Below are positions 11,926 through 26,264 of a stretch of DNA of 64,000 nucleotides, one piece after another (positions within the stretch are counted from its first letter, which is position 1; each line of letters opens with the position of its first letter). Below the pieces are notes generated by a model. That model was not told the DNA's origin. It saw only the letters and a program-made list of their open reading frames with translations, and did no database searches. The position numbers were made by a program, and so were the translations under genes. The stretch is from Octopus bimaculoides. Its lineage: Eukaryota. The DNA lies in NCBI RefSeq assembly GCF_001194135.2, contig NC_068988.1:47163531-47227530 (forward strand), given 5' to 3'.

Positions 11926-14754
11926 GTTAAATATACATATATGTATGTATGTATATATGTAGGTATGTAGGTATGTATGAGATGACGGTACCTATGCGTG
12001 CATATGGTATATGGGATTTCAAATTTATGCATGGAAGCTCTCATACAGTCAGTCTCATACTGTGATTTTCGCTCTTATCAATGGGTGCAAGTTGTTTGCG
12101 TTATACGTGGTAGCGTGCGACTGTAAACCTAAATGCGTTGTTGTTTGTGAAGTTTGGCTTAAGTATAAGTCGAGTGCACTCATTCAAGATAAACACATTT
12201 TACTTAATTAAAAGATGGGAGAAGAATAAAAATTGAAAACAAAAAAGGAATAAAAAGATAAAAAAAAAAGAGAGAAACTAACCTAAGAAAAAGCACAAAA
12301 GGAAAACTTTTTAAAAACACTTTACGGAATCTTTTGAAGAAAGAAAACAACACAAACAACATTAAGAACAGCAACAACTACGGTAGGCTCGTTCATACTA
12401 TCAATTACAACACCATCACTAGCACCACCAACACCACCACCACCACCACTACCACCACCATCACCCCCATCATCACCACCATCATCCTCGATAACAACTT
12501 CAAAATTAACGTCGCTGAAAACATTAGCAACTTCAGTCACAATGAAAATAACATTTGCTCTAGACAAAGTCATTATAAGGTAAAGGAAAAAAAAATTAAT
12601 TTTTGATTTCACCTATAAACAGCTTAATTAAATTTGTGGCGAATCATGTTTCAAGTCGAAATTAATATCTTTCCAGCAAACAAATTTGAAACCACCACCT
12701 ACTTCTCCCCCGTCTGTGATAAAATTGTGTCGTCTTCAATTAAATTTCCTCACCTTAGCTTAAAGTTAGATAAATAAAATGGTTAATTACCTGTCATTAG
12801 CAGTCAATCAAGAAAATGAGTAAATACAAATTTGGTCTATTTTCTGTATGTGAGCGTGTATGTATGCTTTGCGTGTGCTGTATGTATGTATGTATGTATG
12901 TATGTATGTATGTATGTGTGTATGTATGTAGTATGTATTTATGTATGTATGTATATATGTATGTATGTATGTATGAACATTTTATGGATTTATATGTATG
13001 TATTTATGTGTATGCATATATAGATATACACTATTCAAGTCTAATATATATACATATGTATGTATATATGTATGTATACACACACATACACACACACATA
13101 TATATATGTATATATATATCACATATATGTATATGTGTATATATATATCACATATATGTATATGTGTATATATATATCATATATATGTACATGTGTGTGT
13201 ATATATATNNNNNNNNNNNNNNNNNNNNNNNNNNNNNNNNNNNNNNNNNNNNNNNNNNNNNNNNNNNNNNNNNNNNNNNNNNNNNNNNNNNNNNNNNNNN
13301 NNNNNNNNNNNNNNNNNNNNNNNNNNNNNNNNNNNNNNNNNNNNNNNNNNNNNNNNNNNNNNNNNNNNNNTATATATATATATATATATATATATATCAT
13401 ATATATGTATATGTGTGTATATATATACACACACACGTTATATATGAATGGGTGTGTGTGTATAGTCTTTTTATGTGGGAGCAGTGTTGATGGTAGTGGT
13501 AGTAAGAGTATTAGAATTGGAGGTTGTTGTAGTCTTGATAGTGTTGATGGTAGTTAGTGTTAATGCTGAGGATGCTGACAGTTGTAGTGTTGGTAGTGGA
13601 GGTATGTGAATGAATAGCGGATATTTACGCAACAGATATAAGAATCTTTTGCTTGTTCGACAAGAGATTTTGATCTGAAATCTTGTATTGAGACAAAACA
13701 TTGCTAGAATTCTGACAAGCCTCAGATAGAGTGGTATAGAGTATCAGTGGCCAGGTTTTGGATGTTTGTCGAATGTATTCGGTGTTTAGTATAACTTCTT
13801 TTTGCGGAGTAAATGAAAAATGAGTGGAACGATAAAAAAGACTTGAATGCATTTAACTGATGGCCATTGCAGTATCATAATCCAATTATTTTTACAGATA
13901 AAATATTAAAGAGAAAATGCTAAGTGTTTTTTTTTATATCCTTGGTTGCGGCAATAGGATTTTATCGAAGTTGTGGTAAAGCATGCATTCACATGCGTAA
14001 CTTCCGACCACCAACACGCGAGACTCCAACGACTCCTTCCTCTATGTCTCAACGAGACACGTTACTCTTTAGAAGAATTCGTCGACTCTACCTTTTAATC
14101 ACACAGAGGTGTTAATGTCTATCATCACAACAGTGTTAGTTGTGTAAGGCTAGCATTGATTGAGCAGAACTGCGATAAAATCATTGCATGAATGACCAAT
14201 TTATGTTTTATTCAAACAATGTGTTTTTGAACTTCCAGTATCTCTACCTATATAAAGACGTGATTTTGAGCCGACGTTCCAGTGTTTGATAATGGTACCA
14301 AAATATTGTATTGTATCAATAGCTAAACAGCTTCTGTAAACGAGCTAACACACTTTCCAGTAAGCATGTATATTGCAGTCAATCACATTATGTTTTATAA
14401 CTCGCTGGTTACCTTTAAAAACTTGACTCTATTTTCCCATTAAAATGCAGGCAGAGCATTCTAGAAAAATGCTTATTGTTTCATAAATAAACTTCGATGA
14501 GAAGCTCTAAGTAGATACGTCTTAATATAGTGGTAGGCTCGTAGCTGAGCAGTTACAACACATTTTCTCACATCTCTCACTGTCAGCTTTGTTAAATCGG
14601 CTTGTATCTCACATATACGTTATAGGAGATAGCAAGATACATAAATATTTAACAAACTCATAATTCTTCCACCTCTCTCCATCCCTTCCCCCTCTCTCTT
14701 ATACACAAGCACTTGAATATACAAGAGAATCAACAGTTTATATATGAAATATGT

Positions 14755-14794
<40 letters not shown>

Positions 14795-14802
14795 TTATCT
14801 AT

Positions 14803-15036
14803 CTTATTTCTTTACTGCCCACAAGGGGCTAAACATAGGTGACAAAAGAGGACATACAATCGGATTAAGTCGATTATATCGATCCCAGTGCCTAACTGGT
14901 ACTTATTTAATCGACCCCGAAAGGATGAAAGGCAAAGTTGACCTCGGCGGAATTTGAACTCAGAACGTAGCGGCAGACGAAATACCGCTATGCATTTCGC
15001 CCGCCCGGCGTGCTAACGTTTCTGCCAGCTCGCCGC

Positions 15037-15037
<1 letters not shown>
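14803..15037 (-). mobile_element. Full-length SINE family A (AAAGAAATAAG-tail subfamily) inserted in an (ATCT)n microsatellite
   Basis: Complete head, body and tail, with (ATCT)n on both sides (14757-14802 and 15038-15100). Confidence 0.9.
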
Positions 15038-15100
<63 letters not shown>

Positions 15101-16451
15101 GTGTGTGTGTGTGAGTGTGTGCGCGTGTGCGTGTTCATCTTTATGCTCATTCATACTGAAATTTTCTCTAACTTTCTAACATTCCAGTAACAAGAATATG
15201 TAGTTTGATATGAGAATGTTTCACCATATCTTTCAATTATAATATTTTCGTCTGTGTTACATTTGACAATTCTTCATTTCATTTGATGACCCATCATCTT
15301 CGATTATTTATTCCATGTACAAGTGTATCAAAGATTACATCATACAATGTAACATATATTTATTGACAGCAAAAGGTATTTAATCCTTAAATGGTGAATC
15401 TCATTAATCGATGTTTTATTAGAGAACGGTGGTTGACGTAGAACTAAGCTAAAATTTCACAATATTTTGCATGTCAGGATACATCCATCAACGTAGTTTT
15501 ATTTACGTGATTAGATTCATTAAAGGTATTAGCACAAGAGTTTATTTGCATCAAAACTCTCTATAAATCCTAGTGATCTTACAGTCTGGCTGTACTGGTA
15601 AAGCAATGCTTCACTGAGGGAATTAAGTAAAACCAAAACATGTCCTGGGTTGCAAGTGTACTGCCAACGAAGAGGTCCACTTTTCATTCCATGACCATAT
15701 AACTAATTAATTTAAATTAATTTATATCCAATGTTAACATGAACTAATTATTAAGCTTATTGTCGCTTCTCATCATCATTTTGATCACTATATTGTTTCT
15801 TTGATCTTCTTTGTTGGAATTACTTTTCCTTATTGACTGACCAGTTGATACTGAAAATAGTCAAAACATCGCTCTTTCATTCTCCATACATATGTGGCCG
15901 AGATGGTTGCATTTCTATTTACTACATTTTGAAATTGGATATACGGCTTATAATTTATAAGCTGATTCCATGTATGATGATTTTTGTTTTTCCCGATACC
16001 TATAAAAACGATATACATACATATATTCATGCAAACGCATATATATACGTACATATACACATTCTCACATAAACAAATACATACATAAAGGTACAAGCAG
16101 ATCCATGCAGTTGGCAACATTTTCTTTGTGACAGTATGGAAAATGTTTTTGTTATTGCATCACATTGACTAATGCTATGTGGACGGATGTTCTCCAATAG
16201 CAGCAAAAATGATTATATTTTTATCTTAAACATTAAATGAATTTGAATTGTTTGATCAATTCTTGATGTTTTGATGTTCTGAGAGCGATTAACTATGACC
16301 ACAAGCTTCTTTTTTCCATTGAGAAATTTCTATAAACAGATATTTTTCAATATGTCATTCGGTATACTACCTCTTAATTTATTTACCTCATGTTATAAAC
16401 CAATTTGAATTATCTCCCTCAGATGTTTAAATTGTTTTATCCTGCAGGCAT

Positions 16452-16575
16452 GATGGTGTGTGGCTTAGTGTTTAGAATGTTGCATTTTGGATCGTCAGAA
16501 CGTCGGTTTAATTCCCAGACCGGACGGTGTGTTGTGTTCTAGAGCAAAACACTTCAATTCATATTGTTCTAGTGC
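16452..16575 (+). mobile_element. CORE-like SINE head fragment (head C)
   Basis: GTGGCTTAGTGTTTAG (A-box-like), GGTTTAATTCCC (B-box-like) and GTTGTGTTCTAGAGCAAAACACTTCA. Confidence 0.65.
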
Positions 16576-18114
16576 TTTGTGGGGACAGAGTACCAAAGAA
16601 TGAACCCGTAAAAAGAGTAGAGGTAGGATTTACACCCCGACCTCTTAAAACTCTAACCAGCAACCACTGCCAAAACGGATTCATGGGTTGGGGGTAACCG
16701 CCTGAGTGGTGCAGAGGCGTCATCTGCCAACTGTGATAGGGAATCAACAACAGATGGTAGATGCAGTGATGCACTGTTACAGCACATACCCCCATACTAG
16801 TACTACTATGAAATTTTACTGGCCAAAAAATATTCATAACTCTTTCTCAATATGAAACTGATCACAGTGAGTTTGAATAGGTATAATATGCTAATGAAAC
16901 CTAATAAAATCAAAACATGACTATAGTTAACTATTATTTACAAACGGATATCAGATTTCTTCCTAATCAAATAAATTAATTCTGAGAAATAGATTCTGAT
17001 ATATTGATATTACCTATCCTGCTATTTGAAAGTTACTAACTATAAGGACTATGTTGTTTGTCTTTTTTCTAATAAAAATGCAAATTTCACTTAATTGAGA
17101 ACTATGTACATATGTCGTTCAGTACATTACACCTTAATTTGGTTGACAGAAAGTCTATGGAAGCAGGCTTGAATTTACTAAAAGTTCCACTGACTTCTAT
17201 TCATGGAAGTAACTGAGATAACGCTTCACATTATATTTATAGTTCCAGCATCAGAATCTTGTGGAAATCTATCCACTGTAAGCTGGCAGAATCATGAAAG
17301 CATCAACAATATACTTTGAGGCATTTGTTTTTGATCTTTGCATTCAGAGTTCAAATCCTACCAAGGCTGATGTTAACAAGTAGTCTCTATCCCATTAAAA
17401 TTACTAGTCATGTACTTTAATTAGAAACCATTACACATTAAAATTGTTCAATCATAAGTGGTTAAGAAACATGGAATGTAATTCACATATGAATATTTTA
17501 TATCAGTTAATGTAATTAATAATATTTTCCCCTAAGCATGCAAATTAACTTTGAGAGTTATGTGCTTAATTTCTTAAAATTATCTCCCCTGTTATTTGAG
17601 ACTCACTTACAATTACAGTTAGGTTTTAGTTTTGTTTCTTTAACTAAGTCGCAGCAAATCTCAGTTAATTGAGAATTTTATAATATCATTTAATGCAGAC
17701 AATAAATGTTGCCATCATGGTGCAATAGCTAATTCCTTCTGGAGCTGAAGTAAGGGACCATCAGATTAACAGCATTATATGTTATATTCTGAAGATTTAT
17801 CATTTGGAATGCTGAGCTGATTAAAAGAGTACCAAAAATTACATTAATGTAGAAACATGTTATTACTATTGATTTGAAGGGATGGGTGTTTACAAAAATA
17901 TTAGATTGATGGATTTCCTCAAGAATAATATTTTCAGCTGCTACAAGTATGATGTCCATTATGGTATATTTCATATTAACATTGACCAACGATCTCCAAG
18001 AAGTGATACTTTTACAAAGTATTTAACATTTTGCTCTCTACATAATTTGCAAGTTTTCATTAATCAACCAATGCATTCTTCCAATCCATGTTAAAAATCA
18101 ATTCAATCAAATTA

Positions 18115-18331
18115 TGAGGGGATACTGAAAAGTTCTTGGCTTTGGCTTAAAGAGAATAAAGGAGGATCAGCTAATTATGGTTCAATCCAACATATTCCCT
18201 GCTCAGATTCACACAGTTATTGCAGTACTTCTTCAGTTTTACTAAACTCTGTAAAAGAAATCAGAGGGTTGGGCTTCCATCCAAGCCTTTCAGAATAACT
18301 TTAAAGCTAGGGACTCTTCAGCAACCTCTCG
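18115..18331. mobile_element. Mariner/Tc1-derived MITE, about 217 bp
   Basis: Imperfect TIRs of about 30 bp (TGAGGGGATACTGAAAAGTTCTTGGCTTT ... AAAGCTAGGGACTCTTCAGCAACCTCTCG) with TA on both sides (18113-18114 and 18332-18333). Confidence 0.8.
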
Positions 18332-19026
18332 TACATACCTAAAACTGATTATAAAAAATTACCCATAATCAAAGATGTGTCTTGTGGAAAAGGCCCCTGG
18401 CTGAAAGATCTAATCTGGATTACGTTGCTGTACACCAACCAACGCAAATAACCCATAAGTAGAATCAGTCTCAGTCTGATGGTCATACTCACTAGGAAAG
18501 TTGGTGAGCTTTGGATTGAAGAGTAAGTGCTGAAGGGGCTTTTCCAGATTTCCAGGAGATGAACTGAATGCTATCAGCTAACAAACAACTTGTCTGTTTT
18601 ACACTGCCTAATGCTCCACTTTGCGGTACCTATTTCTAGCTAAGCTACCTTGGCTGAAGAGAGTGAAGTATTATGGCCTCAGATGATATATAATGGAGGT
18701 GATATAAGAACCACCAATCACTTGATTAGCTTCTGCATACACTATTTACTCAACCAGTCATACTCTTACCAAATAGAAGAAATATGATGAATAGTACCAG
18801 CATATTCGTCTTTTCCTGATGTGAACAGTAGTGAGCTTCGTATGGAGTTGTCAGCTGATTCGTGCGTAAAGATTTTCTGGCAGTGAAATGGTGGCTTAGT
18901 GTTTGGGATGTCACATGGCAAGTTTTATATAAAGAAACAGAATAGTAAAACTGATAGTTATCAAATTTATATTCCCCTTCTTTTTATCTATCTATCTATC
19001 TATCTATCAATTTATATATGTGACTC

Positions 19027-19076
19027 ACTGCCTCTCAGTCTATTTATTATTCTGTCTGCATACCTACTTTTCTGTG

Positions 19077-19172
<96 letters not shown>
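19027..19172. repeat. (ATCT)n tetranucleotide microsatellite region
   Basis: Directly visible. Confidence 0.9.
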
Positions 19173-19913
19173 AACGAAAGAAACAAATAGAGAAACGAGA
19201 CAGGGAACATGAAGAACATTCCCTTCATCAGTTGTACCCTATTTTATCTACTCCGCGTTTCGAACGGAGAGACAAGTCGCGACTTCGTTAAAACAGTCGT
19301 TCCCGCAAAGCAAATTAAAAAGAAATTGGGATATGCGGAGGATTAACGTGGTGACAAAAACAGGACAGTGAGAACAAAGCAGTAAAAACAAACGGTAAGG
19401 ACTGCTAAGCCATAACGAGGTGAAGTGGTGAACGCTGGAGAAATGAGCTTTGAGAAGAGACAAGCAAAAACACATCTTGTCTATATATATACACACACAT
19501 ATATATATATATACATATATATATAGAGAGAGACACAAGCCTCATATATATATTGACACAAGCATCATGTGCGCGTGCGCGCGTGCGTGTGTGCGTATGT
19601 GTGTGTATATATGATATCAATGCTCATGTATAAATGGATGGATTTATAGTGTTTAGGGATTCTATATGTATGAAAAGTGTTAATGTTTTGGAAATACATC
19701 AATTCTAGTGAATATAAATAAGTTTAGGAAATTGGGAAATTTAGACTGACAGAATGGCAAAGAAGCTACACAAAATCTTGGTATACCAGAGGGAATGGAA
19801 TTGGCAAGATTTTTGTAAAATCAGAGAAAAATTGGACATGTATTGCAAGTCTTGGATTCATAAGTATTGACCAAATATGTTTGTCTATTATTTTATATAC
19901 ATATATGCATATG

Positions 19914-19967
<54 letters not shown>

Positions 19968-19991
19968 GATGTATATATATATGTATATATG

Positions 19992-20033
<42 letters not shown>

Positions 20034-20747
20034 NNNNNNNNNNNNNNNNNNNNNNNNNNNNNNNNNNNNNNNNNNNNNNNNNNNNNNNNNNNNNNNNNNN
20101 NNNNNNNNNNNNNNNNNNNNNNNNNNNNNNNNNNNNNNNNNNNNNNNNNNNNNNNNNNNNNNNNNNNNNNNNNNNNNNNNNNNNNNNNNNNNNNNNNNNN
20201 NNNNNNNNNNNNNNNNNNNNNNNNNNNNNNNNNNNNNNNNNNNNNNNNNNNNNNNNNNNNNNNNNNNNNNNNNNNNNNNNNNNNNNNNNNNNNNNNNNNN
20301 NNNNNNNNNNNNNNNNNNNNNNNNNNNNNNNNNNNNNNNNNNNNNNNNNNNNNNNNNNNNNNNNNNNNNNNNNNNNNNNNNNNNNNNNNNNNNNNNNNNN
20401 NNNNNNNNNNNNNNNNNNNNNATATATATATTTATGTATAACTGTGTGTGTGTGTGTGTAAGCATGCACACATACACACGAATGTCTATACCTATTTACA
20501 GGCATCCCTCCATCCAAAAGTCAAACATCCATAAATAACCTGGTCATCGACATATATACACATAAATGAATATGTACATACATATAAGAAGACATACTTA
20601 GTTGTATAGACTACTTACGACTTTTGTTGGCTCAAGAATTATTATAGAACAATGAGTATCCTTCTTTCTCCCAAACATACCAATATACATACATACACAA
20701 GCACACACACACATATATACGTATATACATACATACATACGTACATT

Positions 20748-20825
<78 letters not shown>

Positions 20826-20827
20826 CA

Positions 20828-21568
20828 CGGTGCAGGAGTGGCTGTGTGGTAGGGAAGCATACTTCCCAATCGCAAGGTTCCAGGTTCAGTCCTACTGTAT
20901 GGCACCTTGGCTAAGTGCCTTTTACTATAGCCTTGTGCCGAACAAAGTCTTGTGAGTGGATTCGGTGGACAGAAACTCATATNNNNNNNNNNNNNNNNNN
21001 NNNNNNNNNNNNNNNNNNNNNNNNNNNNNNNNNNNNNNNNNNNNNNNNNNNNNNNNNNNNNNNNNNNNNNNNNNNNNNNNNNNNNNNNNNNNNNNNNNNN
21101 NNNNNNNNNNNNNNNNNNNNNNNNNNNNNNNNNNNNNNNNNNNNNNNNNNNNNNNNNNNNNNNNNNNNNNNNNNNNNNNNNNNNNNNNNNNNNNNNNNNN
21201 NNNNNNNNNNNNNNNNNNNNNNNNNNNNNNNNNNNNNNNNNNNNNNNNNNNNNNNNNNNNNNNNNNNNNNNNNNNNNNNNNNNNNNNNNNNNNNNNNNNN
21301 NNNNNNNNNNNNNNNNNNNNNNNNNNNNNNNNNNNNNNNNNNNNNNNNNNNNNNNNNNNNNNNNNNNNNNNNNNNNNNNNNNNNNNNNNNNNNNNNNNNN
21401 NNNNNNNNNNNNNNNNNNNNNNNNNNNNNNNNNNNNNNNNNNNNNNNNNNNNNNNNNNNNNNNNNNNNNNNNNNNNNNNNNNNNNNNNNNNNNNNNCTAC
21501 AGACTCGGGTCGACCAAACAGTTGTGAATGGATTTGGTAGACAGAAACTGAAAGAAGCCTGTCATATA

Positions 21569-21641
<73 letters not shown>

Positions 21642-21730
21642 AAGTCCTGGGGTCGAGTTGCTCCACTAAAGTCAGTGCTCCAGCATGGCCGCAGCCAAAT
21701 GCCTGAAGCAAATATACGAATAAAAGAATA
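20828..21730 (+). mobile_element. CORE-like SINE family D copies (20828-20981 and 21497-21730) separated by an N gap
   Basis: GGTGCAGGAGTGGCTGTGTGGT...GGCACCTTGGCTAAGTG (CORE-like block)...GTGAGTGGATTCGGTGGACAGAAACT. The second copy has an internal (TG)n and the tail GTGCTCCAGCATGGCCGCAG. Confidence 0.7.
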
Positions 21731-21840
21731 CACACAAACAAAAATGTGTATACATAAGTATGTGTATACATGTACAGACAAAGGTCTATACAATACACAA
21801 AGTGAGATAATGAGGGAAATAGGGATGATGAGAGCGAAAA

Positions 21841-21895
<55 letters not shown>

Positions 21896-21986
21896 GTGTG
21901 TGTATGTGGTTGGGTAGGGGTCTAATCTATGCATTAAAGCAATATATTAAAGTATACCGTTTAGTAATAGTACATGTATGTCCATT

Positions 21987-22027
<41 letters not shown>

Positions 22028-22327
22028 GTGTGAGAGAGACTTCAAAAACATTCCAATTTTTTGTATAAATATTCTTGGATGTCAATACACATCTATGTGA
22101 ATATGTGTTCTTAGTATTGTAGTGTAAGCGCGTATATTTGGACATTTACAAAAAGAAGCTACAATCATCTATTTATGTGTGTGTGCGCGTGAGTGTGTAT
22201 ATACGCGTGTATACATATATATGTGTGTGTATGTGTGTGTATTTATGTATGTGCACACATATATGTAACATGCATAGACATACATACATATATATATATA
22301 TACCTATACATATATATGTATATATAT

Positions 22328-22367
<40 letters not shown>

Positions 22368-23246
22368 NNNNNNNNNNNNNNNNNNNNNNNNNNNNNNNNN
22401 NNNNNNNNNNNNNNNNNNNNNNNNNNNNNNNNNNNNNNNNNNNNNNNNNNNNNNNNNNNNNNNNNNNNNNNNNNNNNNNNNNNNNNNNNNNNNNNNNNNN
22501 NNNNNNNNNNNNNNNNNNNNNNNNNNNNNNNNNNNNNNNNNNNNNNNNNNNNNNNNNNNNNNNNNNNNNNNNNNNNNNNNNNNNNNNNNNNNNNNNNNNN
22601 NNNNNNNNNNNNNNNNNNNNNNNNNNNNNNNNNNNNNNNNNNNNNNNNNNNNNNNNNNNNNNNNNNNNNNNNNNNNNNNNNNNNNNNNNNNNNNNNNNNN
22701 NNNNNNNNNNNNNNNNNNNNNNNNNNNNNNNNNNNNNNNNNNNNNNNNNNNNNNNNNNNNNNNNNNNNNNNNNNNNNNNNNNNNNNNNNNNNNNNNNNNN
22801 NNNNNNNNNNNNNNNNNNNNNNNNNNNNNNNNNNNNNNNNNNNNNNNNNNNNNNNNNNNNNNNNNNNNNNNNNNNNNNNNNNNNNNNNNNNNNNNNNNNN
22901 NNNNNNNNNNNNNNNNNNNNNNNNNNNNNNNNNNNNNNNNNNNNNNNNNNNNNNNNNNNNNNNNNNNNNNNNNNNNNNNNNNNNNNNNNNNNNNNNNNNN
23001 NNNNNNNNNNNNNNNNNNNNNNNNNNNNNNNNNNNNNNNNNNNNNNNNNNNNNNNNNNNNNNNNNNNNNNNNNNNNNNNNNNNNNNNNNNNNNNNNNNNN
23101 NNNNNNNNNNNNNNNNNNNNNNNNNNNNNNNNNNNNNNNNNNNNNNNNNNNNNNNNNNNNNNNNNNNNNNNNNNNNNNNNNNNNNNNNNNNNNNNNNNNN
23201 NNNNNNNNNNNNNNNNNNNNNNNNNNNNNNNNNNNNNNNNNNNNNN

Positions 23247-23278
<32 letters not shown>

Positions 23279-23854
23279 TTTTTATGTATAAGTGAAGATA
23301 TTCATATATGTCTGGTGGGTTTAATTCTTTATCTGTGTCTGTTTTGATATGTCTCTGTATTTCTATAGCTGCATTAGTATGTGTCTATCGGTGTTACTGA
23401 TGATGGTGATAGTGGTAAAAACTCCATAGCCGAGGTACCAGTTATTGTTGCAAGGTGATTATTATTGTTGTGATGCGATGTGCTGTATGTATATGGTCCG
23501 TGTTATGGCAGCAGGGTGGAGATGTCAGAATTGTAGGAAACTTAGAGTTTATTTTTGTTAGATTGGCAGTTCTTTCTGAGAAATCTTTTGGGTATATATT
23601 ACATCAGAATACCACAATTTTGGCTTTATATAGTTTTTGCTTCTAAATGTATTTTTTGTTTCCAATGTATGTATGTGTATACATCACATATGTATAAGCT
23701 TACGCACATCCACACCCATCACATATGCGCACGCACACATATATATGTGGACATATAGATATATATGTTTGCGTATGTATGAATGTGTGTATTTATACAC
23801 ATAGACAAATATGTATGCTACTGTCTCTTTAAACAATTTACTGCAGTCCAAATG

Positions 23855-23859
23855 TAGTA

Positions 23860-23930
<71 letters not shown>
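23855..23930. repeat. (AGT)n microsatellite
   Basis: Directly visible. Confidence 0.95.
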
Positions 23931-24489
23931 TTTTTGCTGTTACTTATTTCAGGTGTCAGCAGTATTTTTGTGCACTTATGATCAGTATTTTCTATCTACG
24001 GCCAGGCATTTTTTGGAGGAGAGGATGAAAGGGTAGGTCATGAGTACGTATCTGGTTTTATAGTTTACTCATTTAAGGTAGCAGATGGTGAATGTGGGAA
24101 ATGTCATGATGTTTGTTTTAGCAGGCCATGTAACAAGACAGACACACCGTCATTGATTACTACAGTACATACACCCACCTACATACATACTTGTAAATTT
24201 AGGCATGATAGTCTTAACTTAGTTACATTGCAGAAAATATATTGGTATCGTATATTAAGATACAGTCACCAGATGTTTTGATCTCTGGGAAGAAGTTACT
24301 TCGGTAGCTTGTTTTGTTATGTCCACCAAGATAAAAAGCTCAGATGACTTAGATGGGATTGAAACTCAGAACATAGCAGCATGCAACTAAATAGTACAAA
24401 GCGTATTATCTAGAATTAAACTGTTTCTGTCACTCCTTTGGTATCATTGAAGAAGAATTTCTTTTCTGAGACAGTTACCACAACTCATT

Positions 24490-25040
24490 GGAGGCGCAAT
24501 GGCCCAGTGGTTAGGGCAGCGGACTCGCGGTCATAGGATCGTGGTTTCGATACCCAGACCGGGCGTTGTGAGTGTTTATTGAGCGAAAACACCTAAAGCT
24601 CCACGAGGTTCCGGCAGGGGATGGTGGTGAACCTTGCTGTACTCTTCCACCACAACTTTCTCTCACTCTTACTTCCTGTTTCTGTTGTGCCTGTAATTCA
24701 AAGGGTCAGCCTTGTCAAACTGTGTCATGCTGAGTATCCCCGAGAACTNNNNNNNNNNCTAAAGCTCCACGAGGTTCCGGCAGGGGATGGTGGTGAACCT
24801 TGCTGTACTCTTCCACCACAACTTTCTCTCACTCTTACTTCCTGTTTCTGTTGTGCCTGTAATTCAAAGGGTCAGCCTTGTCAAACTGTGTCATGCTGAG
24901 TATCCCCGAGAACTACGTTAAGGGTACACGTGTCTGTGGAGTGCTCAGCTACTTGCACGTTAATTTCACGAGCAGGCTGTTCCGTTGAACGGATCAACTG
25001 GAACCCTCGTCGTCGTAAGCGAAGGAGTGCCAACAACAAA
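24490..25040 (+). mobile_element. tRNA-derived SINE, head B + tail X (OR1-like), with an artefactual internal duplication
   Basis: tRNA-like head GGAGGCGCAATGGCCCAGTGGTTAGGGCAGCGGACTCGCGG...GGTTTCGATACC and (CAA)n tail. 24593-24748 is repeated at 24759-24914 across a 10-N gap. The OR1 label is from recall and is unverified. Confidence 0.85.
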
Positions 25041-25673
25041 CCACAACTCAGCCCTTTCTATTTGAGTCTACAAGGATATGTCAAATATTATCGTACACAA
25101 CTTTTATTTAATCATCAATACTTTATGTGATTTTAATTAATTAATTCTAGCTTGCTTAAAGCTTTGCACATGCTAGCAAGTTTATTATTTGTTGCCTGTA
25201 TATAAGAACTCAATATTTTTGTAGGATAAACAAGACTGACATGGTGAATGTTGTTAATGATGAATAATGCCACAGAAACATATGTCCTCAAGTCTGACAA
25301 CATTTTACATAATCCTCAGCTCAAATACATCGACCTCTGTACTTGCGTAGTTCTTATTTTATCTTTGGTGGCATTTGAACACAGAATGTAAAGAGACGGA
25401 AGAGAGTATTAATCAAATAAATTGACTTCAATTCAATGGTTGTATCTTATTTCTGGATACGACATGAGATTTTATCTGGAACCCAGATGAAACCCAGATT
25501 CTGCTACTTACTAAAAATAGTAATAATGATAAATGAAATTATTATTTAACTTGACACAGGATTGGTGTTATTCATGGTAAAATTTATGTGGGTAGCAGAT
25601 TACTACCTGTACCCTTACATTTTCACATGATTTCAATAAGCCAGCAAGTGCTCAAAAGTCTTCTGATGAGTAG

Positions 25674-25999
25674 ATCATGATTTCGTAATTATTGCAGTAA
25701 TATGCACCTTTTACTTATCAGTACAGTATGGTCAAGACACATAAAAATAAACAATAAGATCAACATACCAGACGAACACTCCATGTATTCAGCATAAGAC
25801 ACATAAAAATAAACAAAAAAATCAATATACCAGACGAACACTCCATGTATTCAGCATAGTACGTAGAAAATGTACTATGCTGAATACATGGAGTGTTTGT
25901 CTGGTATGTTGATTTTTTTATTTATTGTTATGTGTATTGACCATACGTGTACTGATGAGTACAGGTTGCATATTAATGCAATAATTACAAAATCATGAT
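25674..25999. repeat. Foldback palindrome with a 62-bp tandem duplication in the left arm
   Basis: ATCATGATTTCGTAATTATTGCAG...TATTCAGCATAGTAC / GTAGAAAAT / GTACTATGCTGAATA...TGCAATAATTACAAAATCATGAT. The unit at 25734-25795 is repeated at 25796-25857. Confidence 0.9.
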
Positions 26000-26264
26000 T
26001 CACCATTCAGTCTGCTTTTAAGGGTTAACATTGAGAGTTGCATCCCTTCGCGTTCGGTAAAAATGTGTTTATTATGGTAGCTTGTCTTTAGAGTCCCTCT
26101 TAGCGTGAGGCATTTATGTATAGTAATGCCCTTACATAAATAAATATACTTATAGGGAATAAATGATGGATTTTTCCCTTATGAGTTTTTTTCACGCTAA
26201 CTACTTGATAAATTCTTATAAAGATTTTATTCTATTCTTGAATTTTATATTTAAATATGGGATA

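Noticed and set aside
17850-18094. Possible APE endonuclease relic (GDFNI-like) of a LINE
   Set aside because: It needs several substitutions and frameshifts to see the motif, so it is not supportable by eye.
19180-19460. CTGATGA and CGAAAC on the minus strand as a hammerhead
   Set aside because: The motifs are in permuted order, helix II does not pair properly, and GAAAC lies in the loop of a competing CTCCG/CGGAG hairpin.
8696-23347. Long ORFs in the track rich in YI/VC/HT/X
   Set aside because: They are translations of (TA)n, (CA)n/(TG)n and N gaps, not proteins.
24593-24914. Tandem duplication inside a SINE (also 43198-43270 and 9600-9690)
   Set aside because: Exact duplicates on either side of 10-N gaps, typical of unmerged contig overlaps; the intact copy at 56185 lacks it.
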